The notes under the pieces are model-generated. The model was not told where the DNA came from, ran no database searches, and saw nothing but the letters and a program-made list of their open reading frames with translations. A program made the translations under genes and the position numbers. DNA of 54,584 nt from Nemertoderma westbladi (lineage: Eukaryota > Animalia > Xenacoelomorpha): positions 1-54,584 of the forward strand of contig JAUCBJ010006856.1 in NCBI GenBank assembly GCA_032718475.1, written 5' to 3'. Every line of letters begins with the position of its first letter. Position 1 is the first letter of the stretch. This document shows positions 54,280 through 54,584 of this stretch, in pieces.

Positions 54280-54584
54280 CTGTCCTATTTGCTATTCATA
54301 TTTCCTCTTTGTAAATTAGTAAGATCCCCATCCTTGGCCCAGAGTTTACTACATGTTCCCATTGTACTGTACCGCTGGGTTTGCTAAGAACTAATATCTA
54401 AAGTTTCTCGCTTAGCGACACAACAGTGCGAAATTTCTACAGCCTTTAATTGGATTAGAACCTGTGCCGCTAAACACAATTGCGAAAGCACTTCAGGCGC
54501 TGCATCCTCTCGGACAATGCAACGCATAATTCTCAAGGATGCGGATGAAAAAGTGGACTAGACTCAAATCCCATCTCGGCGAAT

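Noticed and set aside
51402-54387. Long HVLLTHV-repeat ORFs
   Set aside because: Translation of the 21-bp satellite, with frequent frame-breaking indels.

Overview
AT-rich eukaryotic (metazoan, probably marine invertebrate; taxon not determinable from sequence alone) genomic DNA. Most of the window is one + strand, 21-exon gene that I assembled by hand from GT-AG junctions with consistent phases (4294..~50970, ~1,590-1,600 aa). It encodes a predicted secreted mosaic protein: signal peptide, 13 four-cysteine ShKT-like repeats with Pro/Thr linkers, 2 Ly6/uPAR-like Cys modules, 2 divergent F5/8 type C (discoidin) domains, 3 more ShKT-like repeats, and 2 resistin/PCSK9-C-terminal-like modules. 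The introns hold seven tandem arrays. Five of them amplify sense-strand splice signals: three copy an exon end plus its 5' donor, one runs into a 3' acceptor, and one repeats TACTAAC. Intron 15 holds a nested stack: a satellite split by a CR1/L2-group LINE, which is itself interrupted by a young 1.7-kb mini BEL/Pao LTR element and by a truncated BEL/Pao element. The latter has an enzyme-less gag-protease ORF and an intact 650-aa ORF of unknown type in the env-like position. Also present: MITEs with TIR/TSD, hairpin elements and an old RTE-like LINE fragment. All domain calls are motif recognition by eye; no searches were run.
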